The position numbers and the translations under genes were made by a program. From IMG/VR virus record IMGVR_UViG_3300005529_000008, positions 1,739 to 65,738 of that record: a stretch of 64,000 bases of DNA; one strand, 5' to 3'. This DNA is from a virus. Taxonomy: Duplodnaviria; Caudoviricetes. This document shows, in pieces, positions 36,769-46,740 of the stretch (the first letter of the stretch is position 1; the number at the start of each line of letters is the position of its first letter). The notes under the pieces are model-generated. The model was not told the origin of the DNA, made no database searches, and worked only from the letters and a program-made list of their open reading frames with translations.

Positions 36769-37299
36769 ATGCCCGGTACTGCTCTTATCGAAACACTTAA
36801 AAATGTCGTCTATGCGACGGATTGCGAGCATCCCGACCGTTCGCACTATGCGAACGGTAAGTGCCGCCCATGTTATCGTGCCGGTCGGAAAGCGGAGCAG
36901 CTTGCGAAGGAATTGGAGCGCACAAAGTCGGGCGAGGCTAGCGAAGAGAAAGCTGCCGCGAAATTGAAATTAACTTGGGACCAAGATCCCGAGTTGAAGG
37001 AGAAGTTTGGGCGGATAATGTGGGGATGGTTGGAAGGCGCGGAGGTTGAGGAGATTTGGGTAGAGAAGGATGGGGAGAGAAGGCGGGATTTTCAGACCGA
37101 GGCGCGGCTGGCTGAGATTAACCAGCGTAAGGCCGATAAAGCTGCCACGGTACTCGCGAAAGGCTATGTGACGGAGAAGGTCGAGGAGGTCAAACCCCAG
37201 CCTCTCCCGATTGGGGCGAGTGTGGATATGAGCGGGTGGGGGTTGGTTGGCGGGGAGGAAAATTTTAACGAGGACGGTGACGGTGATGACGAAGAATAG
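36769..37299 (+). CDS. hypothetical protein, possible terminase small subunit
   Basis: first late-promoter gene; N-terminal CEH...H...C..C; helical middle; acidic tail; assignment by position only. Confidence 0.4.
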   Translation: MPGTALIETLKNVVYATDCEHPDRSHYANGKCRPCYRAGRKAEQLAKELERTKSGEASEEKAAAKLKLTWDQDPELKEKFGRIMWGWLEGAEVEEIWVEKDGERRRDFQTEARLAEINQRKADKAATVLAKGYVTEKVEEVKPQPLPIGASVDMSGWGLVGGEENFNEDGDGDDEE

Positions 37300-37726
37300 T
37301 TTTAGGCCGCGAGGTGGTGGGGGTGCGCAGGGAACGTTGGGAGTTGGAGCGGGTGCGCCAAAGCCTCCCACGGGTGATGAAGGAGGGGGAAATATTTTGG
37401 GTGGGTTAGGAAGTGGTGGTGGGTTGACTTTACCCGGCCCGAATCTTATGGGGCTGCCGGCGTTGAGTGGTGGTGGCGGCGCAACTACCGCGTCTGGCAT
37501 TATGCCTCCGTTACAAAAACCGCCCGAGGGTGCGCCGGGTGTGATGCCGCCGTTGGGTGCGCCGCCCGCGCCATCGTTAACTGGTGGTTCAGCGCAAGAT
37601 CAAGTTAACGCGGCTTTTAACCCCCCGCAGTTCGATGTGAATCAGTCTGGTATACCTGGCTTACAGGGTCTCGCGGGTGGTGGGGTGTTGAGGCAAAAAG
37701 GCGTGCCGCAGATTCCGTCGTTGTGA
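37286..37726 (+). CDS. Gly/Pro-rich low-complexity protein
   Basis: coupled ORF in the late region. Confidence 0.5.
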   Translation: MTKNSFRPRGGGGAQGTLGVGAGAPKPPTGDEGGGNILGGLGSGGGLTLPGPNLMGLPALSGGGGATTASGIMPPLQKPPEGAPGVMPPLGAPPAPSLTGGSAQDQVNAAFNPPQFDVNQSGIPGLQGLAGGGVLRQKGVPQIPSL

Positions 37727-37835
37727 GTTTAGTGCGCCGTAAGACCTCCAACATCACTGCGATAAAATAAAAGAGACGAAATACTTCACGCGGCGACGGT
37801 CGCAGGGTTTAATGCCCGAAAGGAATTCGAATTTC

Positions 37836-39089
37836 ATGAAAAATTTTCTCAGCAAGTTTCTCCTGATCGTTGCCGGGTTGTTCGGCGCGACAACGTTCGG
37901 TCATGCACAAGGTAGCTGTATATTCTTCCCACTCCCTGGCGAGTATCAGAACCAGCCTAATGCGACGAACGTGTATCGGGTGGCGAGCGGTATCAATGCT
38001 AGCGGCACACCCGTCACAACCACGCCTATCTCAACCGACTCCACGCTTGCGACGACCGTGACACAACCCGCGAACGTTCCTCAGTCCGGTTCCGCGTTGC
38101 AAATCTGCGCCCCAGCCGGCCCGTATACGATTCAGTTTAATACTTCGAACGTAGGTGGGGGATTTTTTAACTATAACTTCATCATCCCCGCAGACGCGAC
38201 GAAGACTGTGGCGAGCGTATTTAAGGTGGTGGATGGCACCGATAACACAAAAGTTATCGTATTTCAAAGCTCTGGCGCCACGACCGCGACAACTCTCACC
38301 CTCGCGGATAGCTCCACTGTCAATCGCACGCTGACCTTCCCCGATGCGACCGACACGTTGGTAGGTAAGGCCACGACCGATACGTTGACGAATAAGACTC
38401 TGACTTCGCCCGTTATCGCGACGGGACTTACTGCGTCTGGCTCGGCTGCCAACGATTTTAGCGGCTCGACTGGCGCGTTTAAGCCTAGCACCGGCACCTT
38501 TACCTTCCAAGCTACTGCGGTGGCTGCGTCGGCTGGCGCGAATAACTTTGATCTTTCCGCTAGCTCGGGAACGTTTAAGACGACAACTGGCGTGGGTACG
38601 TTTGGTGGATCGTCTAACTCCTTCTCCGGAGCGGTGACAATTACTCCGACCGCCTCGTTGACGTTAGGCACGGCTGGCTCAGCCGTGGGACAGGCAATTT
38701 TCAACAACGCCACCTCTGGCACTATTACCCTCGCCCCGCCCACCGGCGCGTTGGGCAGCGTGACTGCGCAGCTCCCCGACACTACGGGTGGAATGCCGGT
38801 TGTGATTAACTGCGGTGCGGTGGCTGCGGCTGGTGCGTGTGCCAATACGAATACCAACGGCACGGCGCATATTTTCTACGGGCTATTCACGTTGTCCGGT
38901 AACTCCTCGCTGGCAACCGGACTCTCCCCCGCCTTTACCTCTACCACCTCCTTCGCGTGTAACGGAACTACATCCACCGGCACTGCCGCGACGATCAAAA
39001 TCGCCAACACCTCCGCTTCTACGATCACCATCACTAATCCGGGTGGCGGTGCGACGGATACGGTGAGTGTTATCTGCATCGGGAATTAA
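37836..39089 (+). CDS. fibre-like virion protein with Sec signal peptide
   Basis: MKNFLSKFLLIVAGLFGATTFGHA|Q; fibre motif RTLTFPDATDTLVGKATTDTLTNKTLTSP; Thr/Gly/Ser-rich; 6 Cys. Confidence 0.75.
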   Translation: MKNFLSKFLLIVAGLFGATTFGHAQGSCIFFPLPGEYQNQPNATNVYRVASGINASGTPVTTTPISTDSTLATTVTQPANVPQSGSALQICAPAGPYTIQFNTSNVGGGFFNYNFIIPADATKTVASVFKVVDGTDNTKVIVFQSSGATTATTLTLADSSTVNRTLTFPDATDTLVGKATTDTLTNKTLTSPVIATGLTASGSAANDFSGSTGAFKPSTGTFTFQATAVAASAGANNFDLSASSGTFKTTTGVGTFGGSSNSFSGAVTITPTASLTLGTAGSAVGQAIFNNATSGTITLAPPTGALGSVTAQLPDTTGGMPVVINCGAVAAAGACANTNTNGTAHIFYGLFTLSGNSSLATGLSPAFTSTTSFACNGTTSTGTAATIKIANTSASTITITNPGGGATDTVSVICIGN

Positions 39090-39120
39090 GACACGCCACC
39101 CAAAAGAGTGTGTAGAAGAA

Positions 39121-39146
39121 GGGCCGTTTGAAACGCGGCCCTTTTT
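39121..39146 (+). terminator. intrinsic terminator
   Basis: GGGCCG...CGGCCC followed by TTTTT. Confidence 0.75.
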
Positions 39147-39183
39147 CATTTCCCCACACCACCTCGCGATAAAATAGAGCTAG

Positions 39184-40761
39184 ATGCCCGCAACGTCTTC
39201 CAAATTAAAACTCACCGGCTCTCAAAGCGTCTTCCTCGACTTTCCTCGACCTGGCCAGTGCGATAAGCAATATAACGTTTATCAGCAGATGGTGGTGGGA
39301 GGATGGGCGAGCGGTAAGTCTTGGTCGGGTATTCAGAAGATTCTCTACCTCTCCGCGCTATTCCCCGGCAACGAATGTATGATCTGCCGCTTGCACGGCG
39401 CGGATCTTGAGAAGACCGTGATACCGGAGTTTTTTAAGCAATGTCCTCCGGGGTGGGTGCGGAAGATTCGTAATCGCGATCGTTCAAATATGATCGTGCA
39501 TTTCGTGAACGGCAGTATCTTATACTTCCAGCATATTCGAGACGCAGCACAGAAAGGCACTAAGACACGTATCACGGGACATAACTTGGGCGCGTTTCTT
39601 GTTGAGCAGGCGGAGGAAATATCCCGCGAAGAGTGGATGGCGCTTTGCGGTCGGTTGCGCAATACACGGGCGAAGGTGCGGTTCGCGCTTGGCAATGCTA
39701 ACCCTGCGGGGCGAGATTGGATTCAGCAGGATTTTTTCCCGAATTGGAAGGCGCTTGATCCCCGGCGCGGTGTGTATTTCCGCACGTATGTGAAGGGGAA
39801 CCGAATCGGGATACACGTTGATTCCGAAGAAAATCGCGTTTCCAATGGCGGTTTCGTAGACGATGCATTTTACGATAACGTAATCGCGAATTCCACGCAG
39901 GAATTTGTGGACCGTTATGTACATGCGAGCTTTGCCGATTTTACTGGGAAAGTTTATAAAGAATTTTCTGAAACCTCGGTACATAATATTGAGCCTCTGC
40001 CGCGCATACCGGACGGGTGGGAGTGTATTGGCGGGATTGATGTGGGCGGGGCGTGCGCGTGGTCGGTGTTGAAGGTGTACGTTGATAATGCGAAGAATTT
40101 AATCGTGGCAGGGGAGTTTGATAAGGCAACGCCGCTCGTAACGGATGTGGCGATGTGGATTAAGGCGAATATGCCGTGGGACGATCCCCGGACGACGTTT
40201 ATAATTGACCCGGAGAATAAAGTCGCAAGCGCCGATCTTGCTGAATTTGGAATCTATACGCGACCGGCGTGGAAGGGCGTGATTACGAATATCCAGCGCG
40301 TTTCGGGGTATTTGCATTGTGTGAAAGGCCGGCGCGCGCCACAATGGTTACACGATTACGATCCTGAACACGCGGCGAGGTGCGAGCGCGATGGCACGCC
40401 GCGTTTATTCGTGTATAGCGCCTGTACAACCTTCCGTAAAGAACACGACTCGGTGGTGTGGGACGATAAGCGCGTTAATCAGATTAAGAAAACGAAGACG
40501 GAACGCTACGATTCGGTGGATTGTGCGCAGTATATCGTGGCCACCCGGCCCGAGGCAAGGGAGTTGGCCGCGACGGAAGACCCCCGTATTGTGGAGATGC
40601 GCAAGGTGTCACCCCTCGCAGCACGGGAAATGCTAGAGGAACAACGTCTTATCGCGCAAATTAAAGCGCGGCAGGAGGGGCGTGGCACGGCGGAGATGTT
40701 TTGCGATTTTGACGATGGTGGGGGCGCGAGACAGTACGCAGAGGTGCCGTATTATGATTAG
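39184..40761 (+). CDS. terL: terminase large subunit
   Basis: GGWASGKS Walker A, LVEQAEE Walker B, ANP, GIDVG nuclease motif, DSVDCAQY. Confidence 0.9.
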   Translation: MPATSSKLKLTGSQSVFLDFPRPGQCDKQYNVYQQMVVGGWASGKSWSGIQKILYLSALFPGNECMICRLHGADLEKTVIPEFFKQCPPGWVRKIRNRDRSNMIVHFVNGSILYFQHIRDAAQKGTKTRITGHNLGAFLVEQAEEISREEWMALCGRLRNTRAKVRFALGNANPAGRDWIQQDFFPNWKALDPRRGVYFRTYVKGNRIGIHVDSEENRVSNGGFVDDAFYDNVIANSTQEFVDRYVHASFADFTGKVYKEFSETSVHNIEPLPRIPDGWECIGGIDVGGACAWSVLKVYVDNAKNLIVAGEFDKATPLVTDVAMWIKANMPWDDPRTTFIIDPENKVASADLAEFGIYTRPAWKGVITNIQRVSGYLHCVKGRRAPQWLHDYDPEHAARCERDGTPRLFVYSACTTFRKEHDSVVWDDKRVNQIKKTKTERYDSVDCAQYIVATRPEARELAATEDPRIVEMRKVSPLAAREMLEEQRLIAQIKARQEGRGTAEMFCDFDDGGGARQYAEVPYYD

Positions 40762-40807
40762 CGCGTTTTTACTGCGATAAAATATATCTAGTAGCGAGTT
40801 TCGAATT

Positions 40808-41179
40808 ATGGCGAAAAAATCGGCAAAATTGGGTAAAAATCGCACCAAGCGGGGAAGACCACGTAAAGAAGTGTTCTTACAGGTCTCCCAGCGCGAATAC
40901 GACTCGTGGCTCGCGCAAATCGAGCACTGGCAGGGGATGTTTGAGCGTGAGCAGCGCCGTGCTGATGCGCTGGTGGATCAGGTTTTAGTGGAGGGTGGGC
41001 GTGCGCCGGTTTCACACGTTGAGAATCGTGCTGGTACGGTCGATATGCAAAAAGCGGCGCGGGAAATGTTCGAGCAGATGAACGTGGCGATGTCGGATGG
41101 GGATGGGAGTGATTTTATCGATGAGAACGATATGGTGCGGATTGCGCCGGATGCCGTAGCGGCCCTTGGGGGTAAGTGA
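40808..41179 (+). CDS. hypothetical protein between terminase and portal
   Basis: coupled ORF with its own TAAAAT element. Confidence 0.65.
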   Translation: MAKKSAKLGKNRTKRGRPRKEVFLQVSQREYDSWLAQIEHWQGMFEREQRRADALVDQVLVEGGRAPVSHVENRAGTVDMQKAAREMFEQMNVAMSDGDGSDFIDENDMVRIAPDAVAALGGK

Positions 41180-43671
41180 TGGCGGATATGATGAGTGCGG
41201 CGCTTGGGGCGTTGAGCGGTGGAGTAGGCGGTGCGGATAGCGGCGTGCCGGGGATTTCTGGCAGCACGGTCAAACCTCCCGCACCCGACCCGTATGAACT
41301 TTCGAAGGACAATAAGAAAGCCGCGTCGGATTTAATTGACAAGTATTTGAAAGTCAACGCTGCGACTCGCACGTCTTTCGAGTGGGGGTGGTTTCGAAAT
41401 TTATGTTTACTCGCGGGCGCGCACGATATTGTGAAGTTGCAGGGCCAGGTAAAAGTGCGCCCGATGCCCCGATATTACTCTCGCGTCTATACGAATAAAA
41501 TCGCTGAGAAACACTCGCAACTTCTCTCCGCATTAATGACGGGCCGCGTACCGATCAAACACTCCCCCGCGACCGATGATGATAAGGCGCGTGGCACGGC
41601 GGAGGTGGCGGAGCGCGTACGCGAGGTAATTTACGCCGAAGCAAAACTCGATTATAAGGAAAATGAAGCGGGAAGTTGGTTCTGGGCCACGGGTAATGTA
41701 TTTATGCACCCGTATTATTCGTATGATGAGCGGCATGGCACTACGGAAGTTCCAAAGTTAGAGTGTCCGACGTGTAAGGAGACGTTTAGCACAAGTGAAG
41801 TTGAAGAACCGGGTGTTGAGGATGAACAGGACGAGCAAGCCGCGTCTCCTCCCGCGCCAAACTGCCCAACTTGTGCCGCGCAGGGCGTAGCCTCACCGCT
41901 CGGTCCGTCCGAAGAAGTAGATCTTCTTCCAATCGGCGCACTATGCGCGGATGTGCTTTCGCCGTTCGAAATACGTGGTGATTTGCGGATTCGTGACGTG
42001 CGAGATTGGAACTGGTTTATCCGTGTGAGACGGTACGATTTATCTTACGCACAGGAGACGCTGGGTTATAAGGGTGGCGAGGAGGATAATGTCGATACCG
42101 GTAACACGCTTTCGCAACACTACCTTGATGTGATTGCGGCGCTTAACGAGCAATTCAATCCGCAAGGAGGTTTTGGCGGGTTAGGAAGCACGAATCAGGG
42201 TTCGCAGAAAGTGCCGAAAGTTACCGCATATGAGCTTTATATGCTGCCGAACGCGCAGTTTCCGCAGGGACTTTGCGTGGTACGAATTGGCAAGGAAGCG
42301 TCGAACGTTACACAAATAGTGCCGTTAGATTCTGAATATGGCGCGGGTGTGAAGAAGGGTAAGAAATTTCTCCCGCTCGTGCATGGTCGCGCCGAGACAT
42401 TATGCGGGCGGATGTGGGGGAAGACTCCGCTTGATGATGTGGTGCCGTTACAGTATTTTCGCAATCGTGTGGAACGTGCGCTTGATACTGAATATAAGCG
42501 GATGGTCAATTCACTGTGGATGAATCCCAAGGGATCGGGCGTTGATAACTTCACCGGCGAAGGCGGCCAAGTAATGACGTATAACCCGATGGTGTTGGGA
42601 GGTACGGCGGTTGCGAAGCCCGAGAGATTAGTGCCGCAACTTCAATATCTTCAGTATTACATTGAGTTTCTAAAATATCTTGACGATCAGATTGAACGAG
42701 TATCACTCACATATTTTCTTGCTGGGGGCCAAGCGCCGGCTGGGGTAGACGCCGCTAGCGCGTTGAATTTACTCGATCAGCGTAGTAAGCGCGCACTCTC
42801 ACCAGCTACCCGCGAATGGGCGAAGATGTGGTTGCAGCTTGATGAGATGATGTTGGAGCTGGCGAGAAAGCACTGGGGCGATCGTCGTATCAATGTAGCG
42901 ACTGGTAAAAATACGGCGTGGGAAGTCCAGTCGTTTATGGCGTCCGATTTAGTGGGCGCAATTACGATGGAGATTGATTATGAGGCGCTATTTCCCAAGT
43001 CTGAAGCCACCACGCACGCGATGATTACGCAACTCATTCAGGGCGGCGTTATTAATCCGCAAGACCCCGAACAGAAGTATGAAGTATTACGAGTGTTCGG
43101 ATTCTTAAAAATGCAGGGCGATGTGAACGATCATACGAAGGTGGCGCAGCGCGAGAACGATGAGTATATGAAGTCGATTCAGACAGGCGCGCCTAAGTTA
43201 CCCCAGATGATACCGATGGTTGATAATTCAATGATTCACATTAAGGAGCATATCAAGCTGGGCACAACACAGGAGTTTCGCGCGTTGCCGCCACAGCTAC
43301 AACAGCCGATGTTGGAGCACATACAGGCGCATTTTGTGGAGGAGGGACAGAAGCGTGCGTTGTTGGCAGAGATGCAAGTCAACCCTGATGCGCCAGGAGC
43401 GACCGATATTACAGGAGCGGATGCACAGGCCGCGTTGGGTGGTGCGAGCCAGGTGATACAGGCGGCGCAGCAAGGTGGCGCAAGTGCGCAACAGTCTCCA
43501 AATGGGTCGGGGCGGGTGGGGAATCAAGTGGGGAGTCGGACGCCGAAGGGTACGACAGGAAACGGGCCGAATCAAGCTGCGGCGACACAAGCGCGGCAGA
43601 AACAGGTTATGACACAGCCGATACCAGACCCAGCGCAAGAAGCCGCGAAGTCGATATTTGGGAGCGGGTAA
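41176..43671 (+). CDS. portal protein with Zn-ribbon insertion
   Basis: 831 aa following terL; SPFE, WG...DD..PLQ...N, SA.AL..L motifs; CPTC...CPTC insert. Confidence 0.85.
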   Translation: MMADMMSAALGALSGGVGGADSGVPGISGSTVKPPAPDPYELSKDNKKAASDLIDKYLKVNAATRTSFEWGWFRNLCLLAGAHDIVKLQGQVKVRPMPRYYSRVYTNKIAEKHSQLLSALMTGRVPIKHSPATDDDKARGTAEVAERVREVIYAEAKLDYKENEAGSWFWATGNVFMHPYYSYDERHGTTEVPKLECPTCKETFSTSEVEEPGVEDEQDEQAASPPAPNCPTCAAQGVASPLGPSEEVDLLPIGALCADVLSPFEIRGDLRIRDVRDWNWFIRVRRYDLSYAQETLGYKGGEEDNVDTGNTLSQHYLDVIAALNEQFNPQGGFGGLGSTNQGSQKVPKVTAYELYMLPNAQFPQGLCVVRIGKEASNVTQIVPLDSEYGAGVKKGKKFLPLVHGRAETLCGRMWGKTPLDDVVPLQYFRNRVERALDTEYKRMVNSLWMNPKGSGVDNFTGEGGQVMTYNPMVLGGTAVAKPERLVPQLQYLQYYIEFLKYLDDQIERVSLTYFLAGGQAPAGVDAASALNLLDQRSKRALSPATREWAKMWLQLDEMMLELARKHWGDRRINVATGKNTAWEVQSFMASDLVGAITMEIDYEALFPKSEATTHAMITQLIQGGVINPQDPEQKYEVLRVFGFLKMQGDVNDHTKVAQRENDEYMKSIQTGAPKLPQMIPMVDNSMIHIKEHIKLGTTQEFRALPPQLQQPMLEHIQAHFVEEGQKRALLAEMQVNPDAPGATDITGADAQAALGGASQVIQAAQQGGASAQQSPNGSGRVGNQVGSRTPKGTTGNGPNQAAATQARQKQVMTQPIPDPAQEAAKSIFGSG

Positions 43672-43690
43672 AATAAATTTAGTGAGGTGA

Positions 43691-43879
43691 GTGGTGCCAG
43701 CGGTATCGGAAGCGCAAAGAAAACTGTTCGCAATTGCCGAACATGAGCCGGGGAAGTTGCACAGTGAGAATAAAGGCTTAGCGAAGCTGGGGCATAAGAC
43801 TCTGCACGATTTCGCTGCCACGCCTGAGAAAAATCTCCCCGAGCGCAAGAATATATTGTCGAAACTAGGAAGGAAATAA
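43691..43879 (+). CDS. DUF3008-like small protein
   Basis: PAVSEAQRK...LHDFAAT.EK.LPE. Confidence 0.6.
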   Translation: MVPAVSEAQRKLFAIAEHEPGKLHSENKGLAKLGHKTLHDFAATPEKNLPERKNILSKLGRK

Positions 43880-43882
43880 CGG

Positions 43883-44131
43883 ATGAAACTTGATACGAAA
43901 TCCCGCAATGCGATTGACGATAAAGACTTCGCCCTTCCCGGTCGTCGCTATCCGGTGGAGGACGAGAGTCACGCCAGAAATGCTCTCTCACGTATCGGTC
44001 AATTCGGATCGCCCGAGGAAAAGTCGAAGGTCCGTGCGAAGGTTCATTCAAAATATCCCGATATTGGCGCGAACGACCACGATGAAGACGATAAGCCAAA
44101 GAATATGCTCGCGAAACTGGGCCGTAAGTAA
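43883..44131 (+). CDS. DUF6582-like small protein
   Basis: L....RN...DFALP.RRYP..D..HARNALSR. Confidence 0.65.
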   Translation: MKLDTKSRNAIDDKDFALPGRRYPVEDESHARNALSRIGQFGSPEEKSKVRAKVHSKYPDIGANDHDEDDKPKNMLAKLGRK

Positions 44132-44140
44132 GGTACGACA

Positions 44141-44746
44141 ATGCTAGAAAATCTCGGACGTTCGCGCACCGCGTCAACTTCGCAACTCGTCACGATAACT
44201 TTCGCGCCCAAGCTTGGCGCGGATGGTCTTTATGAAGATACCGGCACGTATGATGAGGTGTTGGAAGCGCATATACGGGAGGGCATTGCGAATGCCTTCC
44301 ACTATGCGGAGCCGGGAGTGGGGAATGGACGCACGTTCGATCCGAAAGGTACGTATTTATGTCGCGATTGTAATAAGTTCAAACGCGATGCGGCGGGATG
44401 CACGCTCGTACAGGGTAAAGTCTCCCCCGACCACGGCAGTTCGGAACACTGGGAGAATAAATTCCTCGGAGATCACGAGCAGGATTATCCAGAGTCTTTA
44501 AAGCTCAATAAAGAGGACGCATCTTATGGCGAGCGTCCCGACGGACATTTCGGATGTGGGGGCGGGTGTGAGTATGCGGTGCGCGCCAGGAAAGCCGACT
44601 CACAAGGCCGTGCGTTATTCTGCCGGCGCCACGCCACGCGTGTTATGGCGCTCGCGTGTTGTAAGGCGAATTCGCGCGATGGTGATGTGGCGTTTGAAGA
44701 GAATGAGCCGGTGACGGTGGGCGAGGAGGGCAAGGAGGAGTCGTGA
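44141..44746 (+). CDS. Cys-rich protein with two HiPIP-like Fe-S motifs
   Basis: C..C..F.....C.LV.G.VSP..G...W and K.DA.Y...P....C...C......C......CC. Confidence 0.5.
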   Translation: MLENLGRSRTASTSQLVTITFAPKLGADGLYEDTGTYDEVLEAHIREGIANAFHYAEPGVGNGRTFDPKGTYLCRDCNKFKRDAAGCTLVQGKVSPDHGSSEHWENKFLGDHEQDYPESLKLNKEDASYGERPDGHFGCGGGCEYAVRARKADSQGRALFCRRHATRVMALACCKANSRDGDVAFEENEPVTVGEEGKEES

Positions 44747-44824
44747 AATATACACAAACGAGTTTTACGCTGCCAGTGTGCTCGCGCCCGATTTCGGATG
44801 AAGAGTATAAGAAGGCGGTGGGTG

Positions 44825-45031
44825 CTATCGAACCCGACTCAGCGCCACATGATAAACCTCGCCGTAATCTCTCCGCTCGGCGGCGGTTCCGATCGAAACG
44901 ACCTCTCTCGCCTCAACTCCGAAAAGTTTCTCTACACGATTCGCTTCGATAAGTTTCGTGTCGGGATGTTGGGCTTTATATCGTAGAAATTGGCCGTGAT
45001 CTCCTGCAATTACGATGGTTGGTTTATTCAT
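44825..45031 (-). CDS. small antisense hypothetical protein
   Basis: AGAGAGGT RBS; IVIAGD..QF..Y pattern. Confidence 0.5.
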   Translation of the reverse strand: MNKPTIVIAGDHGQFLRYKAQHPDTKLIEANRVEKLFGVEAREVVSIGTAAERRDYGEVYHVALSRVR

Positions 45032-45166
45032 TTAGAAATTTTACCTCTCTTTTTCTTAATTTGTCAAATCGACAATTCTCGTCCTGCCTAACTTTCCCCT
45101 TGACACCTTCCTCCCTACCATGCTACCTCGCCGGGTGCGATACAATAAATACAGAGGGACGAGACG

Positions 45167-45598
45167 ATGGCGATTGTAATTCACGAACAGAATGAAAAGA
45201 TGCTGCGGTTGACAGTGCCCGGTACGCAGGCTGTTGCGGATCACTTGGATGTGTGCGTGATACCGTTCGACGGCGTTATTCGCGGGATTTTGGCGCGACT
45301 TGATACGGCAGGCACTACCGGCACTCAAACCACCGATATTCTGCTCAACGGCGTGAGTATATTCTCCGGCGCGACCCTCGTGAATTTTGCCAGTACCTCT
45401 CGCGTGCCTACGTATGGCGCTCTGACAACCAACCCGCCCAAGGTGAAGAAGGGCGATACGGTTCGATTGAATACGACTGCGGTACATAGCGGTACGGCTG
45501 GAAAGTCCCTGGCGATCGATATCACGATCCGGCGCGGACGGGCATCGCAGGAGGGGACGGATTTTGATAGCGTTTCAGCGCGGTCTGATGCGATTTAA
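45167..45598 (+). CDS. probable head decoration/cement protein
   Basis: beta-rich; PFDG.I, T.DI..NG, GD...L pattern; upstream of scaffold and capsid. Confidence 0.5.
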   Translation: MAIVIHEQNEKMLRLTVPGTQAVADHLDVCVIPFDGVIRGILARLDTAGTTGTQTTDILLNGVSIFSGATLVNFASTSRVPTYGALTTNPPKVKKGDTVRLNTTAVHSGTAGKSLAIDITIRRGRASQEGTDFDSVSARSDAI

Positions 45599-45715
45599 GT
45601 TTTGTAAGATTCGTGAGACGTTGTTCTCATAAAGTTTTGTAAGATGTGCGAACCCCAGTGCTACTCACGCGGGGGATTTTGAAGTAAGTTGCGGGCTACT
45701 CCCGCAGAGGTGATT

Positions 45716-46696
45716 GTGGAAGATAATGTGGATCTGAATCTTGCTACTCAGGATGACGGCCAGGGCAATGTTGGGGCCAATGACAACAACAATGGTGGGA
45801 GCGGCGACGGCTCTCAACAACAGCAATACTTTCTCGATATCAACGAACGAACGCGGTATAAGACGGCAGATGACGCGAAGCGAGGCTACTCCCAGCTTCA
45901 AGAAAAAGTCACCTCCTTCTCGCCAATCGAGCGCACGTTAAAGCAGTACTATGGGGACAAGTTCACTCCCGAGGTGCTGTCGGCTCACTTGGCGGATTAT
46001 GTGCGGCGTTTGGAAGCGGATAGCGCGAAAGAGGCCGAAGAAGCGAAGGCGAAGTTGTCGAAAGACGATGCTGCGCGCTTCGAAGGCAAGTCGGCGGAAG
46101 AGATTAAGCAGATTCGCGCCGCTGAGAAGTGGTTCCAGTCCGAGGCCGAACGCCTCGGGTACGTGTCGAAAGACGCGTTGAAAAAGCTGGAAGATAAGCT
46201 CGCGAAGATCGAAAACGCGCCCGTTGAGCAGAGTAAGTCTGCGAACGACGCGATGACTTCCGCAGGGACAGCAGAGTTACAGAAGTGGCTGGGCGAGTCG
46301 AAGGTGGTGTTAAACGACACCGAGATGGCTCGACTTGGGAAGCGAATTGTCGCTTATATCGATGGCGATGATGAGCTGACCCAGAAGTGGGTAGACGCCG
46401 CACAAAGCCGCAACAAGGCCGAGTGTTTCGCGTTGATTCGCGAGGCGGCGAATTTTGCGTTGCCTCTTGTAAAGTCGGGCGCGAAGCTTATCGATCCCGC
46501 TGCCACGCAACGTTCTGCTGTCGCAACGAAAACCAAGCTGATCGCAACCACGCCTAAGCCGCTGCCGAAACCCGGCGCCGGTAAGGAAGTGCAAGTTGAA
46601 CCTCCCCCGCCCCGTCCGACACAACGCGGTCTGCGTAAGCCGAACCTGACCCAAGCAGCGATGGCGTTGATGGAGGAGATGGAAGCGCAGGGGTAG
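45716..46696 (+). CDS. capsid scaffolding protein
   Basis: charged helical protein just upstream of the MCP; YKT.DDA..GY..LQ; AGAGGTGA RBS before GTG 45716. Confidence 0.7.
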   Translation: MEDNVDLNLATQDDGQGNVGANDNNNGGSGDGSQQQQYFLDINERTRYKTADDAKRGYSQLQEKVTSFSPIERTLKQYYGDKFTPEVLSAHLADYVRRLEADSAKEAEEAKAKLSKDDAARFEGKSAEEIKQIRAAEKWFQSEAERLGYVSKDALKKLEDKLAKIENAPVEQSKSANDAMTSAGTAELQKWLGESKVVLNDTEMARLGKRIVAYIDGDDELTQKWVDAAQSRNKAECFALIREAANFALPLVKSGAKLIDPAATQRSAVATKTKLIATTPKPLPKPGAGKEVQVEPPPPRPTQRGLRKPNLTQAAMALMEEMEAQG

Positions 46697-46740
46697 TGAG
46701 GTCGATCAGCGACACACGATTTTGGAAAAGGAAAACGACA

